Source of the DNA: Candidatus Rifleibacteriota bacterium | Lineage (GTDB): Bacteria; Muiribacteriota; UBA6191; JACPRK01; JACQZM01 | Direction: 5' to 3' | DNA length: 57,367 nt | Assembly (NCBI GenBank): GCA_016213885.1 | Contig: JACQZM010000067.1 | Span: 1-57,367 of the forward strand | Shown: positions 13,012-22,529 of the stretch, one piece after another | How positions within the stretch are numbered: position 1 is the stretch's first letter | Layout of the letters: each line of letters starts with the position of its first letter | Notes under the pieces: model-generated | Seen by the model: only the letters and a program-made list of their open reading frames with translations | Told to the model about the DNA's origin: nothing | The model's database searches: none | Translations under genes and position numbers: made by a program

Positions 13012-14690
13012 CACCCCTGGGTCACCCTGACGACCTCCTCGACGGTGGTGGTGCCCCGGTCCACCTTGCGGAAGCCGTCCTGTCTCAAGGTGGTCATCCC
13101 TTCGGCGACGCACCGGGCCTTGATCACGCCGGAGGGAGTGCGGGTGGTGATCAGCTCCCGGATCGGGTCGGTCACCACCAGGAGCTCGAAGATCCCCAGC
13201 CGGCCCAGGAAGCCGGTCTTCCGGCAGTTGTCGCAGCCGGCGCCGACGTAGACGTGCTTCTGGGTGAGCCCGTACTCCCGCTTGAGCTTCTCCGGCACCG
13301 TCTGGGAGGCCCTGCATTCCGGGCAGATGACCCGGACCAGCCGTTGCGCCAGGATGCCGATCACCGACGAGGAGATGAGATAGGGCTCCACCCCCATGTC
13401 GATGAGCCGGGTCACGGCGCCGGAAGAGTCGTTGGTGTGCAGCGTCGAGAAGACCAGATGGCCGGTGAGCGACGCCTGGACCGCGATCTCCGCGGTCTCG
13501 TGGTCCCGGATCTCGCCGACCATGATCACGTCCGGGTCCTGGCGGAGGATCGACCTCAACCCCTCGGCGAACGTGAGCCCGATCTGGGGCTTCACCTGCA
13601 TCTGGCTCACGTTCTTGATCTGGTTCTCGATCGGGTCCTCCACCGTGATGATGTTCTTCTCCGTGGTGGAGATGGACGTCAGCGCCGAGTACAGGGTGGT
13701 GGACTTGCCGGAGCCGGTGGGGCCAGTGACCAGGATGATGCCGTAGGGCGCTTCGAGGAGCTTGGCGAACGTGGCCAGCGTGTCTTCCAGGAAGCCCAGC
13801 TCGGTCAGGTTGAACACGGACCGGCTCTTGTCCAGAAGACGCATCACCACCCGCTCTCCGAACGCCGTGGGTAGCATCGAGACGCGGATGTCCACCTTCC
13901 GATCGCCGGCCACGATGTTCATCCGGCCGTCCTGGGGCAGCCGGGACTCCGCGATGTTGAGCCCCGACTGGATCTTGATGCGGCTGATCAAGGCGGACTG
14001 GACGTGCTTGGGAGGGGACGGGGCGTCGTACAGGATCCCGTCGATCCGGTACCGTACCTTCAGGTGCTTCTCGTACGATTCGATGTGGATGTCGGAAGCC
14101 CGGGCCTTCATCGCCTCGAACAGGATCGAGTTCACCAGCTTGATGACCGGCGCCTTCTGGGCCACATCGAGGAGGTTCTCCGAGGTCTCGAACTCCTCGA
14201 TCGCGTAGGTGCCGGCCTCTCCGTCCAGATCCTGGATCGCTCGCTGGGTGAGGTCCTTCTGGCTCTCCAGGAAGGCGTTCAGCGCCTGGTTGATCACCCG
14301 GGCCGCGGCCAGGACCGGCACCACGTCGGCCTTGAGCAGACTCTTCAGGTCATCCAGCGGGTGCGGGTCGAACGGGTCGGAGACGGCCACCCGGACCTCG
14401 CCGTTGCTGCGCTTCAGCGGAAGCAGCAACCGGGTGCGGAGGAAGTCGATGGGCAGCCCGGCCAGGATCTCCGGCTCCAGGTCCTCCGGTCGGATCTGGG
14501 CGACCCAGTCGAAGCCGATCCGGGAGGCCACCGTGGAGAGAAGGTCCTCCTCGCTGATCGTCTTGTTCTCCAGGAGCACCTCTTCGACGCGGCGCCCGGG
14601 ACTCTGCTTGGCCACGAGGATCGCCTCGTCCAGGTCCTCCTGGGAGATCAATCCCCGCGACTTGAGGATCTCGCCGATGAGTTGGGCCAC
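13011..14690 (-). CDS. gspE: Type II secretion / type IV pilus assembly ATPase GspE
   Basis: 559 aa with an N-terminal T2SSE_N-like domain, Walker A GPTGSGKSTT, the Asp/His box region, and the tetracysteine motif CPECRAS...GAGCDNCRKTG. Confidence 0.95.
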   Translation of the reverse strand: MAQLIGEILKSRGLISQEDLDEAILVAKQSPGRRVEEVLLENKTISEEDLLSTVASRIGFDWVAQIRPEDLEPEILAGLPIDFLRTRLLLPLKRSNGEVRVAVSDPFDPHPLDDLKSLLKADVVPVLAAARVINQALNAFLESQKDLTQRAIQDLDGEAGTYAIEEFETSENLLDVAQKAPVIKLVNSILFEAMKARASDIHIESYEKHLKVRYRIDGILYDAPSPPKHVQSALISRIKIQSGLNIAESRLPQDGRMNIVAGDRKVDIRVSMLPTAFGERVVMRLLDKSRSVFNLTELGFLEDTLATFAKLLEAPYGIILVTGPTGSGKSTTLYSALTSISTTEKNIITVEDPIENQIKNVSQMQVKPQIGLTFAEGLRSILRQDPDVIMVGEIRDHETAEIAVQASLTGHLVFSTLHTNDSSGAVTRLIDMGVEPYLISSSVIGILAQRLVRVICPECRASQTVPEKLKREYGLTQKHVYVGAGCDNCRKTGFLGRLGIFELLVVTDPIRELITTRTPSGVIKARCVAEGMTTLRQDGFRKVDRGTTTVEEVVRVTQG

Positions 14691-14802
14691 TCTTCAAGAC
14701 CTCTCTACGATCCAGGCACCCGCGACGCTCGCTCTGTCAGCGGTCCGCACTGTTCAAGTCTAGCTCGCGGCGAGGCGCGCCGCCGCATCGTGCGCCGGCC
14801 GG

Positions 14803-16962
14803 TCATTGCTTGAACGTCTCGCTGAACTTGGGCGCCTTGTGGAAGATCCTCCGGTACGGGGCGCCGCCGCTGCGCTTCACGTCCTGCTGGAGCTGCTGGG
14901 TCGTGACCGGCAGACCTCGATCGTGCGGCCAGGTGTGTCCGGGCATGTCCCGCCACTGCAGCGGCCACTCCTCCGCCTTGGTCACCCGACGCGCCGCGAA
15001 CCCGTCCCGCACGATGTGGGGGGTCAAGAAGACCAGGAGGTCCTTCTTGTCGGAGTTCTTGTTGCGGCTCTGGAACAGCTTGCCCACGATCGGGAGATCG
15101 CCGATGCCGGGGATCTTCGACACCTGCTTGCCCTTGCTCTCCACCAGGAGCCCGCCGATGACCAGCGTCTCCCGGTCCTTGACCACCACCTCGTTCTCCA
15201 CGGAGGTCTTGGTGAACACCGGCTGCTGGAACGGGCCGAAGCTGATCGTCCCTTCGGCCCCCTCCACTCGGCCCTTGATCTCCGCCTTGAGCTTCAGCGA
15301 GATGAAGTCGCCCTTGGTGATCCGCGGCGTGATCTCCATGGTCAGGCCGAGGTCCTCCGAGGTGAAGTTCGCGATCGGCACCTGACCCGGCTGCGTGGTC
15401 TGGGCGTATCCCTGGAGCACCTGCACCTTGGACCCCACGGTGATCTTGGCCGTGGAGTTGTCGGCGGCCATCAGGCGTGGCGCCTGCAGCACGTTGGACC
15501 GGTTGTCCTGCTTGAACAGGTTGATGAGGTACTGGATCTTCGATCGCTCCGCGAAGTTGCCCTGGGCCGCCGCGTTGACGTCGAAGCTGCCCGGCGCCAG
15601 CACGCCCACGTGCATGCCTCCGGTGGCGGTGCCGCCGAAGAACCCGGAGATCGCCCCGGTGTTGCCCAGGCCGAACACCCGCGTGTTGTCCTGGTCGGCC
15701 GGGATGATGTTGAGGTCGGCGCCGATCTTGTTGGCCATGTTCTGGGTGAGCTCCACGATCAGCCCCTCGACCAGCACCTGGGGCCTGAGCGTATCGAGCT
15801 TCTGCAGCAGCTTCAGGATGTCCTGGTACTTGGACTGGCTGGCCACGACGATCAGCGAGTTGGTCGTCTCGTCGGCGATCACCTTGGTCTGGCTCTGGCC
15901 CTTGCCCTGGCCCTGGCTCGATTCCATGCCGGAGAGGATCTTCTCCACCTTGGTGGCGTCCCCGTACTCCATCCGGTAGTGATGGACGTTCACCCCGTCG
16001 GCCGGCGTCACCGGGTTGTCCAGGAAGTGGACCAGCTCCTCCACCTTGGAGAGCATCTCTCCGGAGAAGCTCGACAGGATCAGCGACTGGGTCCTGGCGT
16101 CCGCGATGACGTTGAACTGCACCGCCGGGTCGGTCGAGGCGCCCACCTTGAACGCCTGGTTGACCTGGTTGGCCACGGCTTCCGCATCGCTGTACTGGAG
16201 GTGGACCACCTTCACCGTCGGGGTGTAGACGTCCGACACGTCCAGCTGCTCGATCAGCGCCACGAAGGTCTTCACGTCCTCCTCCAGGCAGATCAGGAGG
16301 ATCGAGTTGGTCCGGTCGTCGGAGAAGAGCGCCGGCTTGGCCAGCTTGGACTCTCGGCTGCCCGGATCGGCCTCGCCCTCGGCGCGCTTGGTGATGATCT
16401 GGGTGACCTTCTCGGCCAGCGCCTTGGCCTGGGCGTGGTTCACCTTCACGCTGGTGATCTTCCTGACCGGCCCGGACACGTCGAGCTCCTTGATGATCTC
16501 GGCGATGCGTCTCAGGTTCAATTCGTTATCCACGGCGAAGAACATGTTGCCCGGGACGTACGGCAGGATGGTGTTGCCGGGGCTGGTCAAGAACTTGATG
16601 ATCTGGAGGATCTCGTTCACCCCGACGTGCTTGAGCTTGAAGATCTGGATGAACATCCGCTCCAGGTCCTGGCCCGGTCGGCCAGCGGGCGGCGGCAGCT
16701 GCTTCTGGAACGGGGTGAAGGCGCTCTTGTTGGGGGCGTCCTTCTTCACGATCCGCCGTACCTTCTCCCCGATGTACTCGATGGAGAACCCCTTGAACTC
16801 CAGGATCGCCATCAGCAAGAGCTCCGCCTCCGCCGCGGAGATCTTGTTGTTCGCGGGCCCCAGCACCGTCACCTTGCCGGTCAGCGTCTCGTCGACCATG
16901 TAGCTGATCTTGAGCCGGTCGGAGACGAGCTTCACGATCGATCGGATGTCCACGTCCTTCAT
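14803..16962 (-). CDS. gspD: Type II secretion secretin GspD (core; the true 5' end is further upstream, see next feature)
   Basis: N0/N1-type domains (DIRSIVKLVSDRLKISYMVDETLTGKVTV) and a secretin C-domain (VLQAPRLMAADNSTAKITVG, VVKDRETLVIGGLL, IPGIGDLPIVGKLF). Homology continues upstream of the first ATG (..DTFEVE-MKDVD), and no signal peptide exists in this frame. Confidence 0.9.
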   Translation of the reverse strand: MKDVDIRSIVKLVSDRLKISYMVDETLTGKVTVLGPANNKISAAEAELLLMAILEFKGFSIEYIGEKVRRIVKKDAPNKSAFTPFQKQLPPPAGRPGQDLERMFIQIFKLKHVGVNEILQIIKFLTSPGNTILPYVPGNMFFAVDNELNLRRIAEIIKELDVSGPVRKITSVKVNHAQAKALAEKVTQIITKRAEGEADPGSRESKLAKPALFSDDRTNSILLICLEEDVKTFVALIEQLDVSDVYTPTVKVVHLQYSDAEAVANQVNQAFKVGASTDPAVQFNVIADARTQSLILSSFSGEMLSKVEELVHFLDNPVTPADGVNVHHYRMEYGDATKVEKILSGMESSQGQGKGQSQTKVIADETTNSLIVVASQSKYQDILKLLQKLDTLRPQVLVEGLIVELTQNMANKIGADLNIIPADQDNTRVFGLGNTGAISGFFGGTATGGMHVGVLAPGSFDVNAAAQGNFAERSKIQYLINLFKQDNRSNVLQAPRLMAADNSTAKITVGSKVQVLQGYAQTTQPGQVPIANFTSEDLGLTMEITPRITKGDFISLKLKAEIKGRVEGAEGTISFGPFQQPVFTKTSVENEVVVKDRETLVIGGLLVESKGKQVSKIPGIGDLPIVGKLFQSRNKNSDKKDLLVFLTPHIVRDGFAARRVTKAEEWPLQWRDMPGHTWPHDRGLPVTTQQLQQDVKRSGGAPYRRIFHKAPKFSETFKQ

Positions 16963-17100
16963 CTCGACCTCGAACGTGTCCCCGGCGACCGCGGGAGCGC
17001 CTGCCAGGCCCGGCGGACCGGTGGGGCCCGGGGGGAACGGGCCACCGGGACCACCCGGACCACCCGGACCACCGGCACCACCGGGGCCGCCGGTCGAACG

Positions 17101-17794
17101 CCGGGACCTCCTCGCGGATCCTGGAGACCGGAGGCGGCCTGAAATCGCTGGCCGTGAACCGGGTGCGACCGCGTCTTGGCGCCCGGGGTCCCAGGTCCGA
17201 GAACTGGTCCGGCGGCTCCTGAGCCGGGAAGCTGATCCTGGCGACCGGCTGTCCCAGCACGATCCCCGGAGGCGAACGATCCGGGCCGGCCGGCGCCTCC
17301 TCGTCAGCGCCCGGGTCGATGGAGACGGTCAGCCGCTCCTGGCGCCCGGGCGCCGGCGGCGCAACGGTCAGAGCAGGGTCCGCCGGGGACGGCAGGACCT
17401 GCTGGGCAGGAGCCGCGGCGATCTGGACCGGCTGCCCGGCGGCCGCCGCGGGCGCGGCGACCGACGGCTGGACCGACGACCCGGTGGCCGGCTCTCGTCC
17501 GGAGGGCAGGAACGTCACCACGGACCGGCCGGCCACCTTGTCGTCCCCGGCCCGATCGCCGGACCGGCCCGGCAGCTTGCCGGGCCGGAACGAGACCTTG
17601 CGACGACCGGCCCGCCATTCGCCGTGGGAGCGAGAGGTCCCCTCCTCCTCGGCCTGGGACGACGCGGCCTCCGAGGCCTCCCAGGAGTGCGTGCCCGCCT
17701 CGCCGACCAGGACGAGCAGGGTCGCCGCGCACCCCAGCATCACCAGAAGCGGTGGCAGGAGACGCCTCACGAACCCTCGGATCTCTACCATCAT
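17101..17794 (-). CDS. Signal-anchor plus low-complexity Pro/Ala-rich segment; probably the frameshifted 5' part of gspD
   Basis: Starts at ATG 17794 (MMVEIRGFVRRLLPPLLVMLGCAATLLVLVGEAG) with high G/C at third positions down to about 17100. After that, this frame becomes the shadow of the gspD frame. Confidence 0.6.
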
Positions 17795-17976
17795 CTTGCG
17801 CGCGAGCCAGAGCGACGAAACCGAAACGTGGAAGACAGAGGAACCCCTCGCCTTCTCAATAGGGATCGGCAGAAAACGTCAGGGCTGCCAGAGCCGGAGT
17901 CGAGAAGCTGGAAAATGTATGAACCCGGCCGCCGGTTCTTCAAGACCGGGGGGGGGAGCCTGGTGACCCGGCGACC

Positions 17977-18005
17977 TTGGCGTCGCCCCGCCGGCAGGCT
18001 ACAAT
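17977..18005 (+). promoter_or_regulatory. Candidate sigma-70-type promoter for endonuclease IV (TTGGCG-17 nt-TACAAT), implying a near-leaderless mRNA
   Basis: TTGGCG at 17977-17982, a 17-nt spacer, then TACAAT at 18000-18005. The ATG is at 18015. This is a sequence-pattern match only. Confidence 0.3.
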
Positions 18006-18014
18006 GGGCCCGTC

Positions 18015-18914
18015 ATGTCCCCCAGGAAGGTCCGACCCGAACTGCTCATCGGGGCCCACGTCGGCGGCGGTCTGACCGGCGCCGTGGCCAGGGCGCTTCA
18101 GATCGGAGCCGGGCCTGTCCAGATCTTCATCGGGTCCCCCCAGACGTGGAGGGAGCCCAGCCCCAAGGACGACGACTTCGCCAGCTTCTCGGCGGGGTTG
18201 AAGCAGCACGCCCTGGGGCCCGCATTCGTCCACGCCAGCTACCTGGTCAACCTGGCGACCTGCGACCCGACCAACCGGGACAGGTCGGTGAACAGTCTGC
18301 GCTCCCAGCTGAGGCTGGCGGACCGGGCCGGGGCGGCCGGTCTGATCTTCCACCCCGGATCGGCCGGCCAGGCGTCGGAGGAGCAGGCGCTGACCAACGT
18401 GATCCGGGCGGTGGAGGCGGTGCTCGACGGCTACACCGGCTGCTGCCGTCTCGTCCTGGAGGTCTGCGCGGGCCAGGGGCAGACCATAGGCGATCGGTTC
18501 CCGGAGCTCGCGGCCGTTCTGGACGCTCTGGGCCGGGACAGACGCCTCGGCGTGTGCTGGGACACCTGTCACCTGTTCGCGGCGGGCTACGACGTGGCCA
18601 CGGCGGACGGTCTGGCCCGGACCGTGGACGAGTTCGAGACCACGATCGGGTTCGAATGGCTCTGCGCGATCCACGCCAACGACTCCAAGACGCCGCTGGC
18701 CTCCCGGAAAGACCGGCACGAGAACATCGGGAAGGGTCACATCGGCGCGGAGGCGTTCAGCCGGATGCTCCACCACCCGCGGCTCAGACCGTTGCCGTGG
18801 ATCCTCGAGGTGCCGGGCTTCGACGGAAACGGCCCGGATCGCCTCAACGTGGAGATACTGAAGGGCCTGGCCCGTGTCCAGTCTTCGTCTCGACGGAGAG
18901 GTAGAGGCCGTTGA
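18015..18914 (+). CDS. nfo: Endonuclease IV (deoxyribonuclease IV, AP endonuclease family 2)
   Basis: Metal-site motifs are typical of Nfo: HASYLVNLA, FHPGS, WDTCHLFAAGYD, IHANDSK, DRHENIG. Confidence 0.9.
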   Translation: MSPRKVRPELLIGAHVGGGLTGAVARALQIGAGPVQIFIGSPQTWREPSPKDDDFASFSAGLKQHALGPAFVHASYLVNLATCDPTNRDRSVNSLRSQLRLADRAGAAGLIFHPGSAGQASEEQALTNVIRAVEAVLDGYTGCCRLVLEVCAGQGQTIGDRFPELAAVLDALGRDRRLGVCWDTCHLFAAGYDVATADGLARTVDEFETTIGFEWLCAIHANDSKTPLASRKDRHENIGKGHIGAEAFSRMLHHPRLRPLPWILEVPGFDGNGPDRLNVEILKGLARVQSSSRRRGRGR

Positions 18915-21657
18915 GGTAGCCGGTCCGGGGCATGGACGAGAGCTGCACCTGCGGCAGCCCGGGCAGGTGCAGGTAATGCACCTCCACGGTGGCCCGATCG
19001 GTGGGCAGGAGCCGCGCCGGGAACGCGAACGTCTGGACCCCCCACCGGAACCGGGAGCCTCCGGCCGCCCCGGCTCCCTCTCCGGCGACACCGGGATCCG
19101 GATCGTCCATGGCGTCGATCCAGTCCCCGGTCCCCGGGTTCGTCACGAGGAACCTGAGGGACGCTCCGTCCTTGCCCTTCAACCCCAGGCTGAAGGCGTA
19201 GGCCGGTCCGAGGAGACAGAACACGGCCCTGAGCGTCGCCACCCCGGTTCGAGCCCCGGCAGGCAGGTGCTCGAGCTCGTACGATCTGGAATGGGCGAAC
19301 TGCGGGGTCACGTTCTTGCAGTCCTTGAGGTCGACCTTGGGGAACAGCCATCCGAACACCGTGAACATCTGGGCGAAGCTGCAGATCAGCTCCGGGGAAC
19401 GGCTGTCGCTGCTCCACCACGCACTGGGACTGGCCGAGACGGCGACCTCGCCGGGGGCCGCCGGGATCGGCTGCCCGATCTCGAACAGGGCGCGGGAGCT
19501 TCTGACGAACCGGGCGTAGCTCGTGGAAACGCCGAGCACCCGGTCGTCCTCTTGCGTCCCGATGAGGATATCGAAGTACTGCAGCTTCAGCAGCGCCTCG
19601 TACAGGTTCGTCTTCTTCTCGTCGGTCACGTCCGCGGAGGTGAAATAGGTGTTTGCGAACGGCTTGAAAGCCAGGTAATCCCTGAAGAAGCGCTCCCCGG
19701 ACAGCTCCTCCTCGATCCGCTTCAGAAAGAACCCCTTCTCGGCTCGACGGACCGCCACGGTCTCACCCACGGAGGTGGCGAGCACCCCCCAGCCCTCGCC
19801 CCTGGCCCTCCTGAAATCGGTATCCGTCTTGAACTCCTTCAGGCCGGTCAGCCTCGCGAGCAGCGGCTTGGGATTGAACGATCCCAGCCCGGCGACGATA
19901 CGATCCGCGATCTCGGCGATCGACACCACGTTCCAGCTCACGGTCATCGACGGAGACGGCTGCAGCTGGACGTGGGTTCCCGGCGGCAGCGCCGCCGCCG
20001 ACACCGGCAGCGCGAACATCGTTCTTCCTCCCGCGACGCTGGTGGGACGGAACCGACGCTGGGACTGGCTCCCTCCGAAGACCAGCACGGCCTCGCAGGG
20101 CCCGGTCGAAGGCACCGACACCGCGCAGGTGGGCTCGCCATCTTTGCCGGGCACCGGCCACAGCGCCTCGGTCTCGGGGACGGTGGCGGTGCCGAACCAG
20201 CCGACCTTCCCGTCGGCGTCAGGGACCACCACCAGGTAGGTCGTGCCGGCCTCCAGGTCTTTGACCCTGATGAGGTGGTTCTTCCGCTCCTGGTCTTCGC
20301 TGGCGATCTTCCACGGCAGGGAGTCCTTCAGCAGCGTCTGCACCAGGGCGGCGTCCACGGACCCGGCCGCTGCCCCGGCAAGCTTGCTCGTCAGGACCTT
20401 GCCGGAGCTCCCGCGCTGGCTCTCCCAGGTCGCCTCGAGCGTCCCGCCTTGCCAGATCGTGATCTTGACGGCCCGGACCTGGTCGGCCCTGGTCCGCAGG
20501 GAGAAGACCAGGACTAGCACCACGGCGATCGCGCCGACCACCCCCAGCGCGGCGACTCCGAACGACCGACCACCAGGCTTGACCGAGACCGGGGGACGGG
20601 AGGTGGCGATGGTGTGGTGAGACCGGTCCAGGTCTCGCCGGCGAGGGTTCGCGGACGGCACGGCGACGGTCCGGCCGTAGCCTTGCCGGTCTGCTGGCGG
20701 CCGGCCAGCCGGCGGCGCGGTCGGGCCGGCGCCTCCCCCATCGTCGACCTTGTGGACCTCGCCCGACAGCCTCACGACCTCGGTCGCGAACTCCGACTGC
20801 AGCGCCCCCGTGGAGTTGCCCCAGCGGAGCAGCACCACCTGGGCGCCCATCTCCTTGGCCGATGGGAATCGACGGCTGGGTTCCTTCTCCAGCGCCCTCA
20901 TGACGAGCGCATCCACAGCGTCGGGCACCTCCGGATTGAGCCGTCTGAGCGGTCTCGGCGCCTGGTGGAGCTGCAGCTCCAGCGTGGCGATCTCGGTCTT
21001 CCCCATGAGCGGCGGCGCGCCGGCCAGACACTCGTAGAGGGTGCACCCCAGACTGTAGATGTCGCTGGCAGGGCTCACGGCGCCGCCCCGGATCGTCTCC
21101 GGAGCCATGTACGCGGGCGTGCCCAAAACCAGGTTCGCCTCCGTGGCGAAGCTGTCGCGGCCCTTGGCCTTGGCCACGCCGAAGTCCATGAGCATGGGCT
21201 CGCCGTTGTCGAGCCTGAGCAGAACGTTGGCAGGCTTGATGTCGCGGTGGACGACCTGGTGGACGTGGGCGAGCTGGAGCCCGGCCAGGATCCCGTCCGC
21301 CAGCGCCAGGGTGCGCTCCGGGGTCAACCGCCCCTGCACCGCGAGCTCCTTGGACAGGTCTTTCCCCTCGATGAATTCGAAGACGAGGAACGGCGTCTCC
21401 CTCTCCCATCCCGACGAGTACAGCCGGACGATGTTGGGGTGCTTGAGGGTGGCACAGACCCGCGCCTCCTCCTGGAACCTCAACCCCGCCCCGCTGTCCG
21501 GTGAGTCCTGGAAGCTGCCCAGGAACTTGATCGCGACCTCACGGGAGAGCTGGAGGTCCCAGGCCAGGTAGACCTGGGCCATGCCGCCGGTGCCGAGGAG
21601 CCTGGTGATCCGGTACTTCCGCTGGAACTCCCTCGAGAACTGCCTCTCACCGGGCAT
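18844..21657 (-). CDS. Hanks-type Ser/Thr protein kinase with one TM helix and a large C-terminal domain of unknown function, presumably extracytoplasmic
   Basis: I place the start at ATG 21657-21655 (MPGERQFSREFQRKYRITRLLGTGGMAQVY). Kinase motifs are AIKFL, HRDIKPANVLL, DFGVAK and GTPAYMAPE. The TM helix is FGVAALGVVGAIAVVLVLVFSL. Confidence 0.9.
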   Translation of the reverse strand: MPGERQFSREFQRKYRITRLLGTGGMAQVYLAWDLQLSREVAIKFLGSFQDSPDSGAGLRFQEEARVCATLKHPNIVRLYSSGWERETPFLVFEFIEGKDLSKELAVQGRLTPERTLALADGILAGLQLAHVHQVVHRDIKPANVLLRLDNGEPMLMDFGVAKAKGRDSFATEANLVLGTPAYMAPETIRGGAVSPASDIYSLGCTLYECLAGAPPLMGKTEIATLELQLHQAPRPLRRLNPEVPDAVDALVMRALEKEPSRRFPSAKEMGAQVVLLRWGNSTGALQSEFATEVVRLSGEVHKVDDGGGAGPTAPPAGRPPADRQGYGRTVAVPSANPRRRDLDRSHHTIATSRPPVSVKPGGRSFGVAALGVVGAIAVVLVLVFSLRTRADQVRAVKITIWQGGTLEATWESQRGSSGKVLTSKLAGAAAGSVDAALVQTLLKDSLPWKIASEDQERKNHLIRVKDLEAGTTYLVVVPDADGKVGWFGTATVPETEALWPVPGKDGEPTCAVSVPSTGPCEAVLVFGGSQSQRRFRPTSVAGGRTMFALPVSAAALPPGTHVQLQPSPSMTVSWNVVSIAEIADRIVAGLGSFNPKPLLARLTGLKEFKTDTDFRRARGEGWGVLATSVGETVAVRRAEKGFFLKRIEEELSGERFFRDYLAFKPFANTYFTSADVTDEKKTNLYEALLKLQYFDILIGTQEDDRVLGVSTSYARFVRSSRALFEIGQPIPAAPGEVAVSASPSAWWSSDSRSPELICSFAQMFTVFGWLFPKVDLKDCKNVTPQFAHSRSYELEHLPAGARTGVATLRAVFCLLGPAYAFSLGLKGKDGASLRFLVTNPGTGDWIDAMDDPDPGVAGEGAGAAGGSRFRWGVQTFAFPARLLPTDRATVEVHYLHLPGLPQVQLSSMPRTGYLNGLYLSVETKTGHGPGPSVSPR

Positions 21658-21857
21658 CAGAGTCGTCTCCAACCGGGACCGGGCGCCGGACCCGAAGGAG
21701 GCCCGGCACGGCCCCAGAGTATTATACCGCTGGATCGACCGGTTCTCCCGGATCACGAGGATCCGCTCCAGGTGCCCATCTCCACGGCCGCAGCCGCTGC
21801 CCGGGCTCGAAAGTTGTCGCAAAACCGCTCCATCAGGGGGTAGCATTCGTCTCGGCC

Positions 21858-22511
21858 ATGAAACCAGCTCCACCCACCCTGCTGGAAATGAAGGTCCAGC
21901 TCCAGAAGCATCAGATCGATCGACTCCGGGGCACCTATGCGGATCTGATGGAGTACCCGCTCTACGTCAACCTGGCGGAGTTCTTCTTCACCGACCTCTA
22001 CTACGTGGGCGACCGGACCGAGAGAAACGAGAGCTTCCTGAAGCTCTACACCCACTTCGAACAGCTGTTCGGCAAGGTTCTCCTGAGGGGCATCCACGAC
22101 CTCCTGGAGTTCCACGCTCTCTCGGAGGACCTCGACGACGACGTGGCGCGGTTGCTCGTCAAGATGGGGGTGGGGCTGGGGTTCACCAGCGAGGACTACG
22201 AGCGGGCCTACCGCTACGCCGACAACTACCCGGAACGGGTCCATCAGATAGAGATCATGGAAGTGAACCTGTACTTCGTCCACAGGATGTCCCAGCGGCG
22301 GATCATCGGGGTGCTGCTCTCCACGATGCAGGCCACGGCCCGGCTTCTGGGCGCCAGCCCCATGATCGATTTCCTGGACCGCGGTTACACGGCGTTCCGC
22401 ACCGTGAAGGACATCTCGTACTTCGTGACCACGATCAAGACGCGGGAACAGACACGGCTGGACCGCATCTACAACGACATCCCGCTGGACGCTCGGTTCG
22501 CCGGGAAGTAG
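21858..22511 (+). CDS. Hypothetical protein, 217 aa
   Basis: Clean ORF with strong third-position G/C bias and mixed-charge helical composition (..LYVNLAEFFFTDLYYVGDRTERNESFLKLYTHFEQLFG..). I cannot assign a family with confidence. Confidence 0.7.
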   Translation: MKPAPPTLLEMKVQLQKHQIDRLRGTYADLMEYPLYVNLAEFFFTDLYYVGDRTERNESFLKLYTHFEQLFGKVLLRGIHDLLEFHALSEDLDDDVARLLVKMGVGLGFTSEDYERAYRYADNYPERVHQIEIMEVNLYFVHRMSQRRIIGVLLSTMQATARLLGASPMIDFLDRGYTAFRTVKDISYFVTTIKTREQTRLDRIYNDIPLDARFAGK

Positions 22512-22529
22512 CCTGCCCGCCGCGCTCCG

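Noticed and set aside
12994-13317. Extension of the GspC-like ORF to 13317
   Set aside because: It would run about 300 nt inside gspE in another frame. The ATG at 13011, overlapping the gspE stop, gives a normal coupled arrangement.
14806-17142. 778-aa plus-strand ORF antisense to gspD (similar cases: 5162-6565, 6677-8758, 7225-8949, 24533-27130, 26599-28191, 28671-31013, 41663-43564, 45842-47305, 49524-51188, 52959-55094, 55290-56708)
   Set aside because: All overlap genes with clear family signatures on the other strand or frame. All have low-complexity R/G/P/H-rich translations. I regard them as stop-codon-poor shadow frames, not genes.
18844-18914. 71-nt convergent overlap between the 3' ends of nfo and the kinase gene
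   Set aside because: Both ORFs are well supported. The overlap only involves weakly conserved C-terminal tails (the nfo tail is ..RVQSSSRRRGRGR). I see no evidence for more than a slightly mispredicted stop or a tolerated overlap.
21658-21873. Extension of the first kinase ORF to 21873
   Set aside because: The upstream 72 codons have poor composition and would overlap the divergent gene's start region. The ATG at 21657 sits right before the kinase Gly-loop region.
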